A stretch of DNA of 48,790 bases. It comes from an uncultured Pseudoxanthomonas sp. (GTDB lineage Bacteria > Pseudomonadota > Gammaproteobacteria > Xanthomonadales > Xanthomonadaceae). The notes below the pieces were generated by a model. That model was not told the origin of the DNA, did no database searches, and saw nothing but the letters and a program-made list of their open reading frames with translations. The translations under genes and the position numbers were made by a program. The stretch lies in contig CAZBDE010000001.1 of the NCBI GenBank assembly GCA_964490415.1, forward strand, positions 1-48,790, read 5' to 3'. Below, piece by piece: positions 1 through 10,618 of this stretch (positions within the stretch are counted from its first letter, which is position 1; each line of letters opens with the position of its first letter).

Positions 1-275
<275 letters not shown>

Positions 276-306
276 GCCACGAAGCGGCGATCCATCCGAT
301 CAAGCG

Positions 307-332
307 ACGCCCCGGCCAGCCGGGGCGTTTTT
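307..332 (+). terminator. Intrinsic terminator after sod
   Basis: acgccccgg-ccag-ccggggcgt hairpin followed by a T run, about 30 nt after the stop. Confidence 0.8.
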
Positions 333-333
333 C

Positions 334-359
334 GTAGGGCAGGGCTTGCCTCGCTCTAC
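334..359. repeat. Short GTAG-type REP-like palindrome (copy A)
   Basis: gtagggcagggcttgcctcgctctac; its reverse complement matches 10593-10618 at 21/26 positions; GTAG...CTAC ends. Confidence 0.55.
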
Positions 360-360
360 G

Positions 361-394
361 AAAAGCAAGGCCCCGGCGGATGCCGGGGCCTTGC
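361..394 (-). terminator. Intrinsic terminator of the RND efflux operon
   Basis: 13-bp stem gcaaggccccggc/gccggggccttgc with aaaa on its left, which is a U-tract on the minus strand. Confidence 0.75.
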
Positions 395-418
395 CTGGTT
401 CGCGCGGCAGCGGGCGCG

Positions 419-3400
419 TCAGCGCATCGCCGAGCCGCCTTCGCGCTCCTGCTTCGCAAGCCACTCGCGCGACGGCTCGTCGAGCTTGTCGCCGAGCATG
501 CGCCGGACCACGATGAAGAACACCGGGATCAGCAGCAGGCCGAGGAAGGTGGCGAAGAGCATGCCGCCGATCACGCCGGTGCCGATCGCATGCCGCGAGT
601 TCGCGCCGGCGCCGGTGGAGATCGCCATCGGCACCACGCCCATGATGAACGCGAACGAGGTCATCAGGATCGGGCGGAAGCGCAGGCGGGCCGCCTCGAT
701 GGTCGCCTCGCGCAGGGTCTTGCCGGCCAGGCGCTGTTCCACCGCGAACTCCACGATCAGGATCGCGTTCTTGGCCGCGAGGCCGATGATCGTGATCAGG
801 CCGATCTTGAAGAAGATGTCGTTCGGCAGGCCGCGCATCAGGCTGAACACCAGCGCGCCCAGCATGCCCAGCGGCACCACCAGCAGCACCGCCACCGGGA
901 TCGACCAGCTCTCGTACAGCGCGGCCAGGCACAGGAACACGACCACGATCGACAGCACCAGCAGCAGGGTGGCGGTGTTGCCGGCCAGGATTTCCTGGTA
1001 GGACATGCCGGACCAGTCGTAGCCGAAGCCGGTCGGCAGGTCGTCGCTGACGATCTGCTCCATCATCGCCATCGCCTCGCCCGAGCTGTGGCCCGGCGCC
1101 GGCGAGCCGACGATGTTGACCGCGGCATAGCCCTGGTAGCGGTTCAGCGAAGGCGGGCTGGTGATCCACTCGGTACCGACCACGGTGCTCAGCGGGATCA
1201 TCTGGCCGCTGGCGGCGCCGGGCGTGAAGAAGCGGTCCAGCGATTCGGCGCCGGTGCGGAACGGGGCGTCGGCGCGCAGGGTCACGCGCTTGATCCGGCC
1301 TTCGAAGAAGAAGTCGTTGGCATACACCGGGGCCAGCATCAGGCTGACCGCGTTGTAGATGTCGCCCACGTCCAGCCCCATCGACTGCGCCTGCACGCGG
1401 TCCACGTTGAGCTGCAGCTGCGGCGCGTCCTCCAGGCCGTTCGGGCGCACGCCGACCAGGGCCGGGTTCTGCGCGGCCGCGCCCAGCAGCTGGTTGCGGG
1501 CCTGGGTCAGGGCCACCTGGCCCTGGCCGCTGCGGTCCTGCAGCCACATGTCGAAGCCGCCGAACTGGCCCAGGCCCTGCACGGTCGGCAGGTTGACCAC
1601 GAAGATCGAGGCCTCCTTGATCCCGGACAGCGCGCCATTGGCCTGCTGGATGAACTCCGGCGCGGTCAGGTCGCGTTCCTCCCAGGGCTTGAGCCGGATG
1701 AAGGCCATGCCCACGTTCTCGCCCGATCCGACGAAGCTGAAACCGGCCACCTGCATCATGCTCTGGTAGCCGTCCAGTTGCTCCAGGCGGCCGCGCACCT
1801 CGTCGAACACGTCCTGGGTGCGCTGCAGGGTCGAGCCCGGCGGCAACTGCACGATGGCCATGGCATAGCCCTGGTCCTCCTCGGGCAGGAAGCTGCCGGG
1901 CATGCGCGTGAACAGGAAGCCGCACAGGACCGCCAGCACCGCGAACAGCACCATCCAGCGCGGCGCATGCCTGACCGCACTGCCGATATGGCCGACGTAG
2001 GTGCGGCTGACCTTGTCGTAGTACTTGTTGAAGGTGCGGAACACCCAGTTCGAATTGGCGTGGTGGCTGGGCTTGAGGAAGGTCGCGCACAGCGCCGGGG
2101 TGAAGCCCAGCGCGAGGAACGCCGAGAAGGCCATGGCGATGGCGATGGTCAGCGCGAACTGCTTGTAGATCTCGCCGGCCGCGCCGCCCTGCAGGGCGCT
2201 GGGGATGAACACCGCCGCCAGGACCACCGTGATCGCGACCACCGCGCCGGTGATCTGGCCCATGGCCTTGATCGTGGCCTCGTAGGGCGGCAACCCCTCC
2301 TCGGTCATGATCCGCTCGACGTTCTCGATCACCACGATCGCGTCGTCGACGACGATGCCGATCGACAGCACCATCGCGAACAGCGTCAGCTGGTTGATGG
2401 TGAAGCCGATGATGGACAGGCCCAGGAACGTACCCAGCAGCGCCACCGGGATGACCAGGGTCGGGATGATGGTGGCGCGGATGTTCTGCAGGAAGATCAG
2501 CATCACCAGGAACACCAGCACCACCGCCTCGAGCAGGGTCTTGACGACTTCCTGGATCGAGATCTTGACGAAGGTGGTGCTGTCGTACGGCGACATCCAG
2601 GTCACGCCCTGCGGGAAGGTCGCCTGCAGCTCGTCCATCTTCGCGCGCACCGCATCGGCCACATTGAGCGCGTTGGCGCCCGGCAGCAGCTGCACCGCGA
2701 AGCCGCCGATCGGCTTGCCGTTGTACTTGGTGTCGAAACCGTAGGCGCCAGGACCGATGCTGACCCGGGCCACGTCCCGCAGCCGCACCGTGGTGCCGTC
2801 GCTGTCGGCGCGCAGGATGATGTCCTCGAACTGCTCGGGCCTGGTGAAGCGCCCTTCGGCCGAGACCGTGGCGGTGAACACCTGGCCTTCCGGCGCCGGA
2901 TCGGCGCCGACCGAGCCGGCGGCGAACTGCACGTTCTGGCCCCTGACGGCGGCCAGCACCTGGGTGGCCGACAGGCCGAAGCCCTGCAGCTTGCCCGGGT
3001 CCAGCCAGATGTTCATCGCGTACTCGGCGCCGAACTGCTGGATGCTGCCCACGCCGGGAATGCGCGAGATCTGGTCGATCACCCGCGAGCCGTTGATGTC
3101 GTTGAGCTGGTTGCGGTCGACCGCCGGGTTGTCGGAGACCAGGCCCACCACCATCAGGAAGCCGGAGTTTGCCTTGGCGACGACCACGCCCTGCTGGATC
3201 ACCTCGGTGGGCAGGCGCGGGGTGGCCAGCGCGACCTTGTTCTGTACCTGCACCTGGGCGATGTCCGGGTCGGTGCCGGTCTCGAAGGTCAGGGTGATAC
3301 TGGCGCGGCCGTTGGCGCTGGAAGAAGAACTGAAATAGAGCAGGTGGTCGATGCCGGTCAGCTGCTGCTCGATGACCTGGGTGACCGCGCGCTCCACCGT

Positions 3401-3565
3401 GGACGCACTGGCGCCGGGATAGGTGGCGCCGACGGTGACCTGCGGCGGGGCGATGTTCGGATAGGACTCCACGCCCAGGCCGAGGATCGCGATCACGCCG
3501 GACAGCGAGATCAGGATCGCCACGACCCAGGCGAAGACCGGGTGGTTGATGAAGAACTTGGGCAT
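419..3565 (-). CDS. RND multidrug efflux permease, AcrB/MexB (HAE1) family
   Basis: 1048 aa; MPKFFINHPVFAWVVAI start; GIVVDDAIVVIENVER; GLAAKNAILIVEFA; RLRFRPILMTS. Confidence 0.96.
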   Translation of the reverse strand: MPKFFINHPVFAWVVAILISLSGVIAILGLGVESYPNIAPPQVTVGATYPGASASTVERAVTQVIEQQLTGIDHLLYFSSSSSANGRASITLTFETGTDPDIAQVQVQNKVALATPRLPTEVIQQGVVVAKANSGFLMVVGLVSDNPAVDRNQLNDINGSRVIDQISRIPGVGSIQQFGAEYAMNIWLDPGKLQGFGLSATQVLAAVRGQNVQFAAGSVGADPAPEGQVFTATVSAEGRFTRPEQFEDIILRADSDGTTVRLRDVARVSIGPGAYGFDTKYNGKPIGGFAVQLLPGANALNVADAVRAKMDELQATFPQGVTWMSPYDSTTFVKISIQEVVKTLLEAVVLVFLVMLIFLQNIRATIIPTLVIPVALLGTFLGLSIIGFTINQLTLFAMVLSIGIVVDDAIVVIENVERIMTEEGLPPYEATIKAMGQITGAVVAITVVLAAVFIPSALQGGAAGEIYKQFALTIAIAMAFSAFLALGFTPALCATFLKPSHHANSNWVFRTFNKYYDKVSRTYVGHIGSAVRHAPRWMVLFAVLAVLCGFLFTRMPGSFLPEEDQGYAMAIVQLPPGSTLQRTQDVFDEVRGRLEQLDGYQSMMQVAGFSFVGSGENVGMAFIRLKPWEERDLTAPEFIQQANGALSGIKEASIFVVNLPTVQGLGQFGGFDMWLQDRSGQGQVALTQARNQLLGAAAQNPALVGVRPNGLEDAPQLQLNVDRVQAQSMGLDVGDIYNAVSLMLAPVYANDFFFEGRIKRVTLRADAPFRTGAESLDRFFTPGAASGQMIPLSTVVGTEWITSPPSLNRYQGYAAVNIVGSPAPGHSSGEAMAMMEQIVSDDLPTGFGYDWSGMSYQEILAGNTATLLLVLSIVVVFLCLAALYESWSIPVAVLLVVPLGMLGALVFSLMRGLPNDIFFKIGLITIIGLAAKNAILIVEFAVEQRLAGKTLREATIEAARLRFRPILMTSFAFIMGVVPMAISTGAGANSRHAIGTGVIGGMLFATFLGLLLIPVFFIVVRRMLGDKLDEPSREWLAKQEREGGSAMR

Positions 3566-3577
3566 GGGGAAGGGTCC

Positions 3578-4759
3578 TTACGCGGCCGGCGCCGACTTGC
3601 CGGGCGCCGCGCCCGCCGGGGCCTTGCCGTCGTCCTGGCCGGCGGCCTCGGCCCGCCAGGGCGAGGCCTGCACCGGGGCGCCTTCCTTCGCTTTCTGCAC
3701 GCCGCTGACGATGACCTTGTCGCCGGTGCCGAGGCCGGCGGTGACGATCCACTGGTTGTCCTGCGCCGCGGCGACGGTCAGGTCCCTGCGCTCGACGTTG
3801 CCATCGGCGCCCACCACCCGCGCGAAGGCGCCGTTGGCGTCGCGCAGCACCGCTTCCTGCGGCACCAGGAACACCTCGTGGAGCTCGCCGAGGCTGGCCT
3901 TCAGGGTCACGAAGCTGCCGGGAAACAGGGTGTGCTCAGGATTGGGCACGAGCGCGCGCAACGACACCGCGCCGGTCGCCGGATCCACGGTGGTGTCGGA
4001 GAAGTCCAGCACCCCGGGCTGTCCATAGACCCGGCCGCCCGGCAGCACGACCTGTACGGCCGACTTGCCGGTGCCGGCCAGGGAGACGTTCGTCGCCGCG
4101 CGCAACTGCCCCAGCTCGTTCGAACCGATCGAGAAGTTGGCGTACAGCGGATCCAGCTGGTCCACCGTGGTCAGCAGCGTGGCTTCGCCCTGGCCGACCA
4201 GGGCGCCTTCGGTCACCCGCTGCTTGCCGGCGTGCCCCGCGATTGGCGCGCTGACCTTGGCGTAGCCCAGGTCGATCTGCGCATTGCGCGCGTTCGCGCG
4301 CGCCGCCTGCACCGCCGCGCCGGCGCTGCGCTCGGCGGCCAGGGCGTTGTCCAGGTCGTTCTGTGAGACGAACTTCTGCGGCGCCAGCTGGCGGGCGCGT
4401 TCGGCGCTGGCGCGGGCGTTGGCGTAGGTGGCCTCGGCCTGCGCGAGCTGGCCCTGGGCCACGCCCAGCGAGGCCTGCAGCGGCGCCGGATCGATCTCGA
4501 ACAGGACCTGGCCTTCGCGCACGTCGCTGCCTTCCTCGTACACCCGCCGCAGCAGGACGCCGGGCACCCGGGCGCGGACGTCGGCGCTGCGGTAGGGCGA
4601 GAGGCGGCCGACGAAATCGCGGGTCAGCGGTACGGTCTGCGGCTTGACCTCGACCACGCCGACTTGCGGAGGAGGAGGCGCGGCGGCTTGCTCGTTGCCG
4701 CCGCATGCGGTCAGTGCGATCAGGCCACAGGCCAGGAAGAGGGGGCGTTGGAGGCGCAT
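3578..4759 (-). CDS. RND periplasmic adaptor (membrane fusion lipoprotein), AcrA/MexA family
   Basis: Lipobox LTAC; ADVRARVPG, EGQVLFEID, APIAG, VDPATG motifs; directly upstream of the RND permease. Confidence 0.95.
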   Translation of the reverse strand: MRLQRPLFLACGLIALTACGGNEQAAAPPPPQVGVVEVKPQTVPLTRDFVGRLSPYRSADVRARVPGVLLRRVYEEGSDVREGQVLFEIDPAPLQASLGVAQGQLAQAEATYANARASAERARQLAPQKFVSQNDLDNALAAERSAGAAVQAARANARNAQIDLGYAKVSAPIAGHAGKQRVTEGALVGQGEATLLTTVDQLDPLYANFSIGSNELGQLRAATNVSLAGTGKSAVQVVLPGGRVYGQPGVLDFSDTTVDPATGAVSLRALVPNPEHTLFPGSFVTLKASLGELHEVFLVPQEAVLRDANGAFARVVGADGNVERRDLTVAAAQDNQWIVTAGLGTGDKVIVSGVQKAKEGAPVQASPWRAEAAGQDDGKAPAGAAPGKSAPAA

Positions 4760-4776
4760 GGGGGGATCCGGGGGAG

Positions 4777-5412
4777 TCAGGAACGGGAAGAGGGGGGGGC
4801 GAAGGCGCGCAGGAAGCTGTCGACGGCGAAGTCGGCCCAGTGTGCACGTGCGGCGGCCGAGTCGCGGTGAGGGAGCAGGAAACGCTGCCGGTCGAAATCC
4901 AGGCCGACGACCATGCCCAGCAGCAGCTCGGCGGCGAAGTGCGGATCGTCATGCCGGAGCAGGCCGCGGCGCATCGCCTGCCGCAGCCACAGGGCCAGGC
5001 GCTCCTGCAGGTCGCCGACGCAGGTCTCGAACAGGTCGCGCACCTCGTCGGGGAACTGGCTGGCCTGGGCGGTGATCAGGCGCGCGGTGCCGATCGTGTC
5101 CGGCTCCGACAGCCGGGCGAGATGGGCGCGCGCGAGCGCCACGAGCTGCGGGCGCAGGGTCGCGGCGTCGGGCGTGCCTGCCAGCGCCGTGCGGTTGCGG
5201 CTGTCCTTGCTCAGCACCTGGAGCAGCAGCGCCTGCTTGGAGCCGTAGCGGGCATAGAGGGTCTGCTTGGAGCATCCGGCGCGCGCGGCGACGGCTTCCA
5301 TGCTGACCTGCACGCCGTGCTCGCGGACCAGTCCGCGCACGGCCTCGTGCACTCGCTGGTGGCGAGCGTCTTCGGCCGGTTCCGGGGCGGGCGCGGTGGC
5401 GGATTCCATCAT
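4777..5412 (-). CDS. TetR/AcrR family transcriptional regulator heading the efflux operon
   Basis: N-terminal HTH SMEAVAARAGCSKQTLYARYGSKQALL; same strand as the MFP gene with a 17-nt gap. Confidence 0.92.
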   Translation of the reverse strand: MMESATAPAPEPAEDARHQRVHEAVRGLVREHGVQVSMEAVAARAGCSKQTLYARYGSKQALLLQVLSKDSRNRTALAGTPDAATLRPQLVALARAHLARLSEPDTIGTARLITAQASQFPDEVRDLFETCVGDLQERLALWLRQAMRRGLLRHDDPHFAAELLLGMVVGLDFDRQRFLLPHRDSAAARAHWADFAVDSFLRAFAPPSSRS

Positions 5413-5413
5413 G

Positions 5414-5449
5414 GAACTGGACTATACCGTCCAGTTCAGTAATTTGGAA
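5414..5449 (-). promoter_or_regulatory. Promoter and probable TetR operator of the tetR-MFP-RND operon
   Basis: Perfect 9-bp inverted repeat gaactggac-tatacc-gtccagttc (5414-5437) overlapping minus-strand TTCCAA-N17-TATAGT, immediately before the ATG. Confidence 0.7.
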
Positions 5450-5536
5450 GAGGCCATTTCTGCCGTGTCGCAGCAAGGCCCGGCCAGCGTCCGCGGCTAC
5501 AATCGGCGCACTCACTTTCCGCGGAGTTCCCGTTCC

Positions 5537-8500
5537 ATGAAATCCACGTCCACAGGTGGCAAACGCGCGGCGAAAGCCGTACCGGCCAGCAGCGGCGCGA
5601 AGCAGGAGAAAGCAGCCGGCACGACCGTCGCCATGCACCCGTCGATCGAGGCGGTGTACGCCGCCGCGCGCAAGCGGGTGCCGGCCGCGCGCCAGGCCGA
5701 ACTGCAGGAATTCCTGGCCGAGTTCTACCGCCGCCTGGAAGAGGACGAATACCCGCAGCACCCGGCCCAGGCCTGGGCGGCGATCGGCGTGGACATGCTC
5801 GAGTTCGCGCGCCGGCGCAAACACGGCACCGCCAACGTCCGCGTGTTCAATCCCGCGCTGAAGGACGACGGCTGGGAATCGGCCTACACGGTGCTGCAGA
5901 TCGTCAACGACGACATGCCGTTCCTGGTCGATTCGGTGAGCATGGCCCTGGCCGAGATGGGCGTGGGCGTGCACGTGCTCGGCCATCCGCTGGTGCGCAT
6001 CGCCCGCGATGCCTCCGGCAAGCTGCTGTCGGTCGGCGACGGCAAGCCCGAGTCGCTGATGTTGCTGGAGATCGACCGGCAGCCGCCGGAAGCGATGCGC
6101 CGGATCGAGCAGCGCATCGCCGAGGTGCTGGCCGAGGTCCGCGGCGTGGTCGGCGACTGGGCGCAGATGCGCGAGCGCATGCAGGTGCTGGCCGACGACC
6201 TGGCCACCCGGCGCATGCCGATCGACGATACCGGCCGGCGCGAGGCGCAGGAGTTCCTGCGCTGGGCGGCCAACGACCATTTCATCCTGTACGGCTACCG
6301 CGAGTACAAGGTGGTCAAGCAGGGCGGCGAGGCGGTGCTGGCACCGGTCGAGGGTTCGGGCCTGGGCCTGATGCGCGGCGGCGACGGCGCGCCGCCGCGG
6401 CCGGTGAAGAGCCTGGCGGCGCACGGCCTGAACGAATCCGGCGCCAGCGAGGTGCTGGTCCTGACCAAGACCAGCGGCCGCTCGCGGATCCACCGCAAGG
6501 GCTACATGGACTACATCGGCGTGCTCGAGTTCGACGCCAAGGGCTCGATCATCGGCGAACAGCGCTTCCTCGGCATGTACACCTCCAGCGCCTACAACCG
6601 CCGCCCGTGGGAGATCCCGCTGGTGCGCGAGCGCTACGAGCACGTCATGCGCCGCAGCGGCCTGTCGCCGAACAGCCACAGCGGCAAGGCGCTGCGCCAC
6701 ATCCTGGAAACGCTGCCGCGCGAGGAGCTGTTCCAGGCCGGCGAGGACGAGCTGTACCGCACCGCCACCGGCGTGCTCGGCCTGCAGGAGCGGGTGCGCA
6801 GCCGCCTGTTCCTGCGCCGCGACCGCTACGGCCGCTTCTTCTCGGCGCTGGTCTACATCCCGCGCGAACGCTTCAATACCGACGTGCGCCTGCGCATCGA
6901 GGCGCTGCTCAAGGACGCGCTGCAGGGCGAACAGGTCGATTCCAGCGTGGTCCTGGGCCAGTCGCCGCTGGCGCAGCTGCACCTGATCGTGCGCCCGCGC
7001 GGCGCCGCCGCCGCCGAACTGGACACGGCCGGACTCGAGCGCCGCCTGGCCCACCTGCTGCGCAACTGGCAGGACGACCTGCGCGAGCTGCTGATCGCCC
7101 GCCACGGCGAGGGCGAGGGCCTGCGCCTGGCCAGCGTCTTCGGCCGTGCGCTGCCGGCGGGCTACATCGAGGACATTTCCCCGGAGCTGGCCGCCAACGA
7201 CGTCGAGCAGCTGGCCGCGCTCGCCGGCCCGGACGACCTGCGCCTGAGCCTGCATGCGGTCGCGCGGGAGGGCGCGCCCGGCCTGCGCCTGAAGCTGTAC
7301 CGCCAGCACGACGACATCCCGCTGTCGGACGTGCTGCCGCTGATGGAGAACATGGGCCTGAAGGTCATCTCCGAGCATCCGTACCGGCTGCATGCCAGCC
7401 TGCCGGATGGCGGCAGCCAGCCGATCTACATCCAGGACTTCGAGGTCGAGCCCGCCACCGGCGGCAGCGTCGACATCGCCCGCCTGGCACCGCTGTTCGA
7501 ACAGGCCTTCGCCGCCACCTGGTCCGGCCGCGCCGAGAACGACGGCCTCAACCGCCTGGTCCTGGCCGCCGGCCTGGACTGGCGGCAGGTGTCGCTGCTG
7601 CGGGGCTACTGGAAGTACCTGCTGCAGACCGGGGTGCCGTTCTCGCAGAGCTACGTCGAGGAAACCCTGGGCCGCTACCCGCTGCTGGCGCGGTTGCTGG
7701 TCGAACTGTTCGAGGCGCGCTTCCACCCGGCCGCCGGCCACGAATCGCGCACCGACGTGCTGGCCGGGCAGCAGCGACTGGTCGAGCAGCTGCGCGTGCT
7801 GGCCGCCGGCGACGAGAACGTGGTCAAGGTGCTGCAGGACGTGGTGAACGCGCGCAGCGCCGACCGCGCCGTCCAGGAAGGCGCCACCCGCGGCGCGCTG
7901 CTGAAGCTGCTCGACCGGGTCAGCAGCCTGGACGACGACCGCATCCTGCGCGGCTTCATCGGCGCGATCGATGCGACCCTGCGCACCAGCTATTTCCAGT
8001 ACGGCGCCGACGGCGAACCGGGGCATTGCATCAGCTTCAAGTTCGATTCGGCCCAGGTGCCGGACCTGCCCAAGCCGCGCCCGTACCGCGAGATCTTCGT
8101 CTACGGCCCGCGCGTGGAGGGCGTGCACCTGCGCTTCGGCCCGGTCGCCCGCGGCGGACTGCGCTGGTCGGACCGGCGCGAGGACTTCCGCACCGAGGTG
8201 CTGGGCCTGGTCAAGGCGCAGATGGTGAAGAACACGGTGATCGTGCCGGTCGGCGCCAAGGGCGGCTTCTTCGTCAAGCAGCCGCCGGCCTCCGGCGACC
8301 GCGACACGGTGCTGGCCGAAGGCGTGGCCTGCTACAAGCTGTTCATCCAGGGCCTGCTCGACATCACCGACAACATCGTCGGCGGGAAGATCGTGCCGCC
8401 GCGCGACGTGGTCCGCCATGACCAGGACGATCCGTACCTGGTGGTGGCCGCGGACAAGGGCACGGCGACCTTCTCCGACATCGCCAACGGCCTGGCCATC

Positions 8501-10549
8501 GCCCATGGCTTCTGGATGGGCGACGCGTTCGCCTCCGGCGGCTCGGTCGGCTACGACCACAAGGGCATGGGTATTACTGCCCGAGGAGCCTGGGAATCGG
8601 TGAAACGGCACTTCCGCGCCCTGGGCCGCGACTGCCAGAGCGAGGACTTCACCTGCGTGGGCGTCGGCGACATGTCCGGCGACGTGTTCGGCAACGGCAT
8701 GCTGCTGTCCAGGCACATCCGCCTGGTGGCCGCGTTCGACCACCGCCACATCTTCCTCGACCCGGATCCGGACGCGGCGCGCTCTTTCGCCGAGCGCGAG
8801 CGGCTGTTCAGGCTGCCCCGCTCCAGCTGGGCCGACTACGACGCCAGGCTGATCAGCAAGGGCGGCGGCGTGCATCCGCGCAGTGCCAAGTCGATCGAGG
8901 TCACCCCGCAGGTGCGTGCCGTGCTGGGCCTGGGCGAGGACGTGAAGTCGCTTTCGCCCAACGACCTGATGAGCGCGGTCCTGCGGGCGCCGGTGGACCT
9001 GCTCTGGAACGGCGGCATCGGCACCTACGTCAAGGCTTCCAGCGAGCAGAACAGCGATGTCGGCGACCGCGCCAACAACGCCCTGCGCGTCAACGGCGGC
9101 CAGCTGCGCTGCCGCATCGTGGGCGAGGGTGGCAACCTGGGCATGACCCAGCTGGGCCGGATCGAGGCGGCCCAGCAGGCCGGGGTCCTGCTCAACACCG
9201 ACTTCATCGACAACTCCGCCGGCGTGGATACCTCCGACCACGAGGTGAACATCAAGATCCTGCTCAACGACGTCGTCGCGCAGAAGAAGCTGGCCGTGCC
9301 GGCACGCAACAAGCTGCTGGCGTCGATGACCGACGAGGTCGCCCGCCTGGTGCTGCTGGACAACACCCGCCAGAACCAGGCGATCAGCCTGATGGAGCGC
9401 ATGAGCGTCAAGCGCCTGGGCTCCAAGCAGCACTTCATCCGCACCCTGGAGCGGCAGGGCCTGCTCGACCGCCAGATCGAATTCCTGCCGTCCGATGCCG
9501 AACTGTCGGCGCGCAAGGCGCGCGGGCAGGGCATGACCCGGCCGGAGCTGGCGGTGCTGCTGTCGTACTCCAAGCTGGTCGCGTTCCAGCAGCTGCTGGA
9601 CTCGGACATCCCCGAGGACCCGTACCTGTCCAAGGAGCTGCAGCGCTACTTCCCGGTCCCGCTGCAGAAGAAGTACGCCAGCGAGATGGAGCGGCACCGC
9701 CTGAAGCGCGAGATCATCGCCACCGCGGTGACCAACGCCACCATCAACCGGATGGGCGCGACCTTCCTGCTGCGCATGCAGGAGGACACCGGCCGCAGCC
9801 CGGCCGAGGTGGCCAAGGCCTACACGATCAGCCGCGAGACCCTGGACGCACGGATGCTGTGGGCGCAGATCGACGCGCTCGACGGCAAGCTGCCGGAGGC
9901 CGCGCAGATCGACGCGCTGCAGGTGATCTGGAGCCTGCAGCGCTCGTTCGTGCGCTGGCTGCTCAACCGCCCGGGGGCGATGCCGAGCATCACCGACGCG
10001 GTCGAGCGCTACCGCGATCCGTTCAACGACATCCGCGAAGCCTCCGGCGTGCTGTCCGATTCGCAGCGGCCGGCCTACGAGGCGGCCCTGCGCGAATGGC
10101 GCGACAAGGGCATGCCGCCGAAGCTGGCCCAGCAGCTGTCCGAGCTGCCGTACCTGGCGTCGGCCTTCGACATCATCGAACTGGCCCGTTCGCGCAAGCT
10201 CAAGCCGGTGGACGTCTCGCGCGTGCACTTCCGCCTGGGCGACGCGCTGCAGCTGCCGTGGCTGTTCGAGCAGGTCGACGCGCTGGCGGTGGACGGGCGC
10301 TGGCATGCGGTGGCCCGCGGGGTGATGCGCGACGAACTGTCCGCCCACCACCGGGTCCTGGCCGGGCAGGCGATGTCGCAGCCCGGCGCCGATGCCGACG
10401 CCAAGGTGCGCCACTGGCTGCAGCGCGACGACCCGTCGCTGCGTTTCACCCTGGGCATGCTGGCCGAGCTGTCGACGCAGCGGACCCTGGACTACCCGAC
10501 GCTGTCGGTGGCCGTGCAGAAGCTGGGCCAGCTGGCCGCGCGCGGCTGA
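5537..10549 (+). CDS. gdhB: Large NAD-specific glutamate dehydrogenase
   Basis: DDMPFLVDSV, ARGGLRWSDR, VKNTVIVPVGAKGGF, YLVVAADKGTATFSD, GDMSGDVFGNGML motifs. Start placed at MKSTS (5537), after ggag; the longer ORF overlaps tetR. Confidence 0.95.
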   Translation: MKSTSTGGKRAAKAVPASSGAKQEKAAGTTVAMHPSIEAVYAAARKRVPAARQAELQEFLAEFYRRLEEDEYPQHPAQAWAAIGVDMLEFARRRKHGTANVRVFNPALKDDGWESAYTVLQIVNDDMPFLVDSVSMALAEMGVGVHVLGHPLVRIARDASGKLLSVGDGKPESLMLLEIDRQPPEAMRRIEQRIAEVLAEVRGVVGDWAQMRERMQVLADDLATRRMPIDDTGRREAQEFLRWAANDHFILYGYREYKVVKQGGEAVLAPVEGSGLGLMRGGDGAPPRPVKSLAAHGLNESGASEVLVLTKTSGRSRIHRKGYMDYIGVLEFDAKGSIIGEQRFLGMYTSSAYNRRPWEIPLVRERYEHVMRRSGLSPNSHSGKALRHILETLPREELFQAGEDELYRTATGVLGLQERVRSRLFLRRDRYGRFFSALVYIPRERFNTDVRLRIEALLKDALQGEQVDSSVVLGQSPLAQLHLIVRPRGAAAAELDTAGLERRLAHLLRNWQDDLRELLIARHGEGEGLRLASVFGRALPAGYIEDISPELAANDVEQLAALAGPDDLRLSLHAVAREGAPGLRLKLYRQHDDIPLSDVLPLMENMGLKVISEHPYRLHASLPDGGSQPIYIQDFEVEPATGGSVDIARLAPLFEQAFAATWSGRAENDGLNRLVLAAGLDWRQVSLLRGYWKYLLQTGVPFSQSYVEETLGRYPLLARLLVELFEARFHPAAGHESRTDVLAGQQRLVEQLRVLAAGDENVVKVLQDVVNARSADRAVQEGATRGALLKLLDRVSSLDDDRILRGFIGAIDATLRTSYFQYGADGEPGHCISFKFDSAQVPDLPKPRPYREIFVYGPRVEGVHLRFGPVARGGLRWSDRREDFRTEVLGLVKAQMVKNTVIVPVGAKGGFFVKQPPASGDRDTVLAEGVACYKLFIQGLLDITDNIVGGKIVPPRDVVRHDQDDPYLVVAADKGTATFSDIANGLAIAHGFWMGDAFASGGSVGYDHKGMGITARGAWESVKRHFRALGRDCQSEDFTCVGVGDMSGDVFGNGMLLSRHIRLVAAFDHRHIFLDPDPDAARSFAERERLFRLPRSSWADYDARLISKGGGVHPRSAKSIEVTPQVRAVLGLGEDVKSLSPNDLMSAVLRAPVDLLWNGGIGTYVKASSEQNSDVGDRANNALRVNGGQLRCRIVGEGGNLGMTQLGRIEAAQQAGVLLNTDFIDNSAGVDTSDHEVNIKILLNDVVAQKKLAVPARNKLLASMTDEVARLVLLDNTRQNQAISLMERMSVKRLGSKQHFIRTLERQGLLDRQIEFLPSDAELSARKARGQGMTRPELAVLLSYSKLVAFQQLLDSDIPEDPYLSKELQRYFPVPLQKKYASEMERHRLKREIIATAVTNATINRMGATFLLRMQEDTGRSPAEVAKAYTISRETLDARMLWAQIDALDGKLPEAAQIDALQVIWSLQRSFVRWLLNRPGAMPSITDAVERYRDPFNDIREASGVLSDSQRPAYEAALREWRDKGMPPKLAQQLSELPYLASAFDIIELARSRKLKPVDVSRVHFRLGDALQLPWLFEQVDALAVDGRWHAVARGVMRDELSAHHRVLAGQAMSQPGADADAKVRHWLQRDDPSLRFTLGMLAELSTQRTLDYPTLSVAVQKLGQLAARG

Positions 10550-10554
10550 GCCGC

Positions 10555-10588
10555 CCGGGATTGCCGGGGGCGACCCCGGCAATCCCGG
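10555..10588 (+). terminator. Strong hairpin just after the gdhB stop (no U-tract)
   Basis: 15-bp stem ccgggattgccgggg / ccccggcaatcccgg. Confidence 0.5.
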
Positions 10589-10592
10589 CGCC

Positions 10593-10618
10593 GTAGAGCG
10601 GGGCAAGCTTCGCTCTAC
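10593..10618. repeat. Short GTAG-type REP-like palindrome (copy B)
   Basis: gtagagcg-gggcaagctt-cgctctac; related to 334-359. Confidence 0.55.

Noticed and set aside
419..5412. RND operon lacking an outer-membrane factor gene
   Set aside because: Common; such pumps use a TolC-like channel encoded elsewhere.
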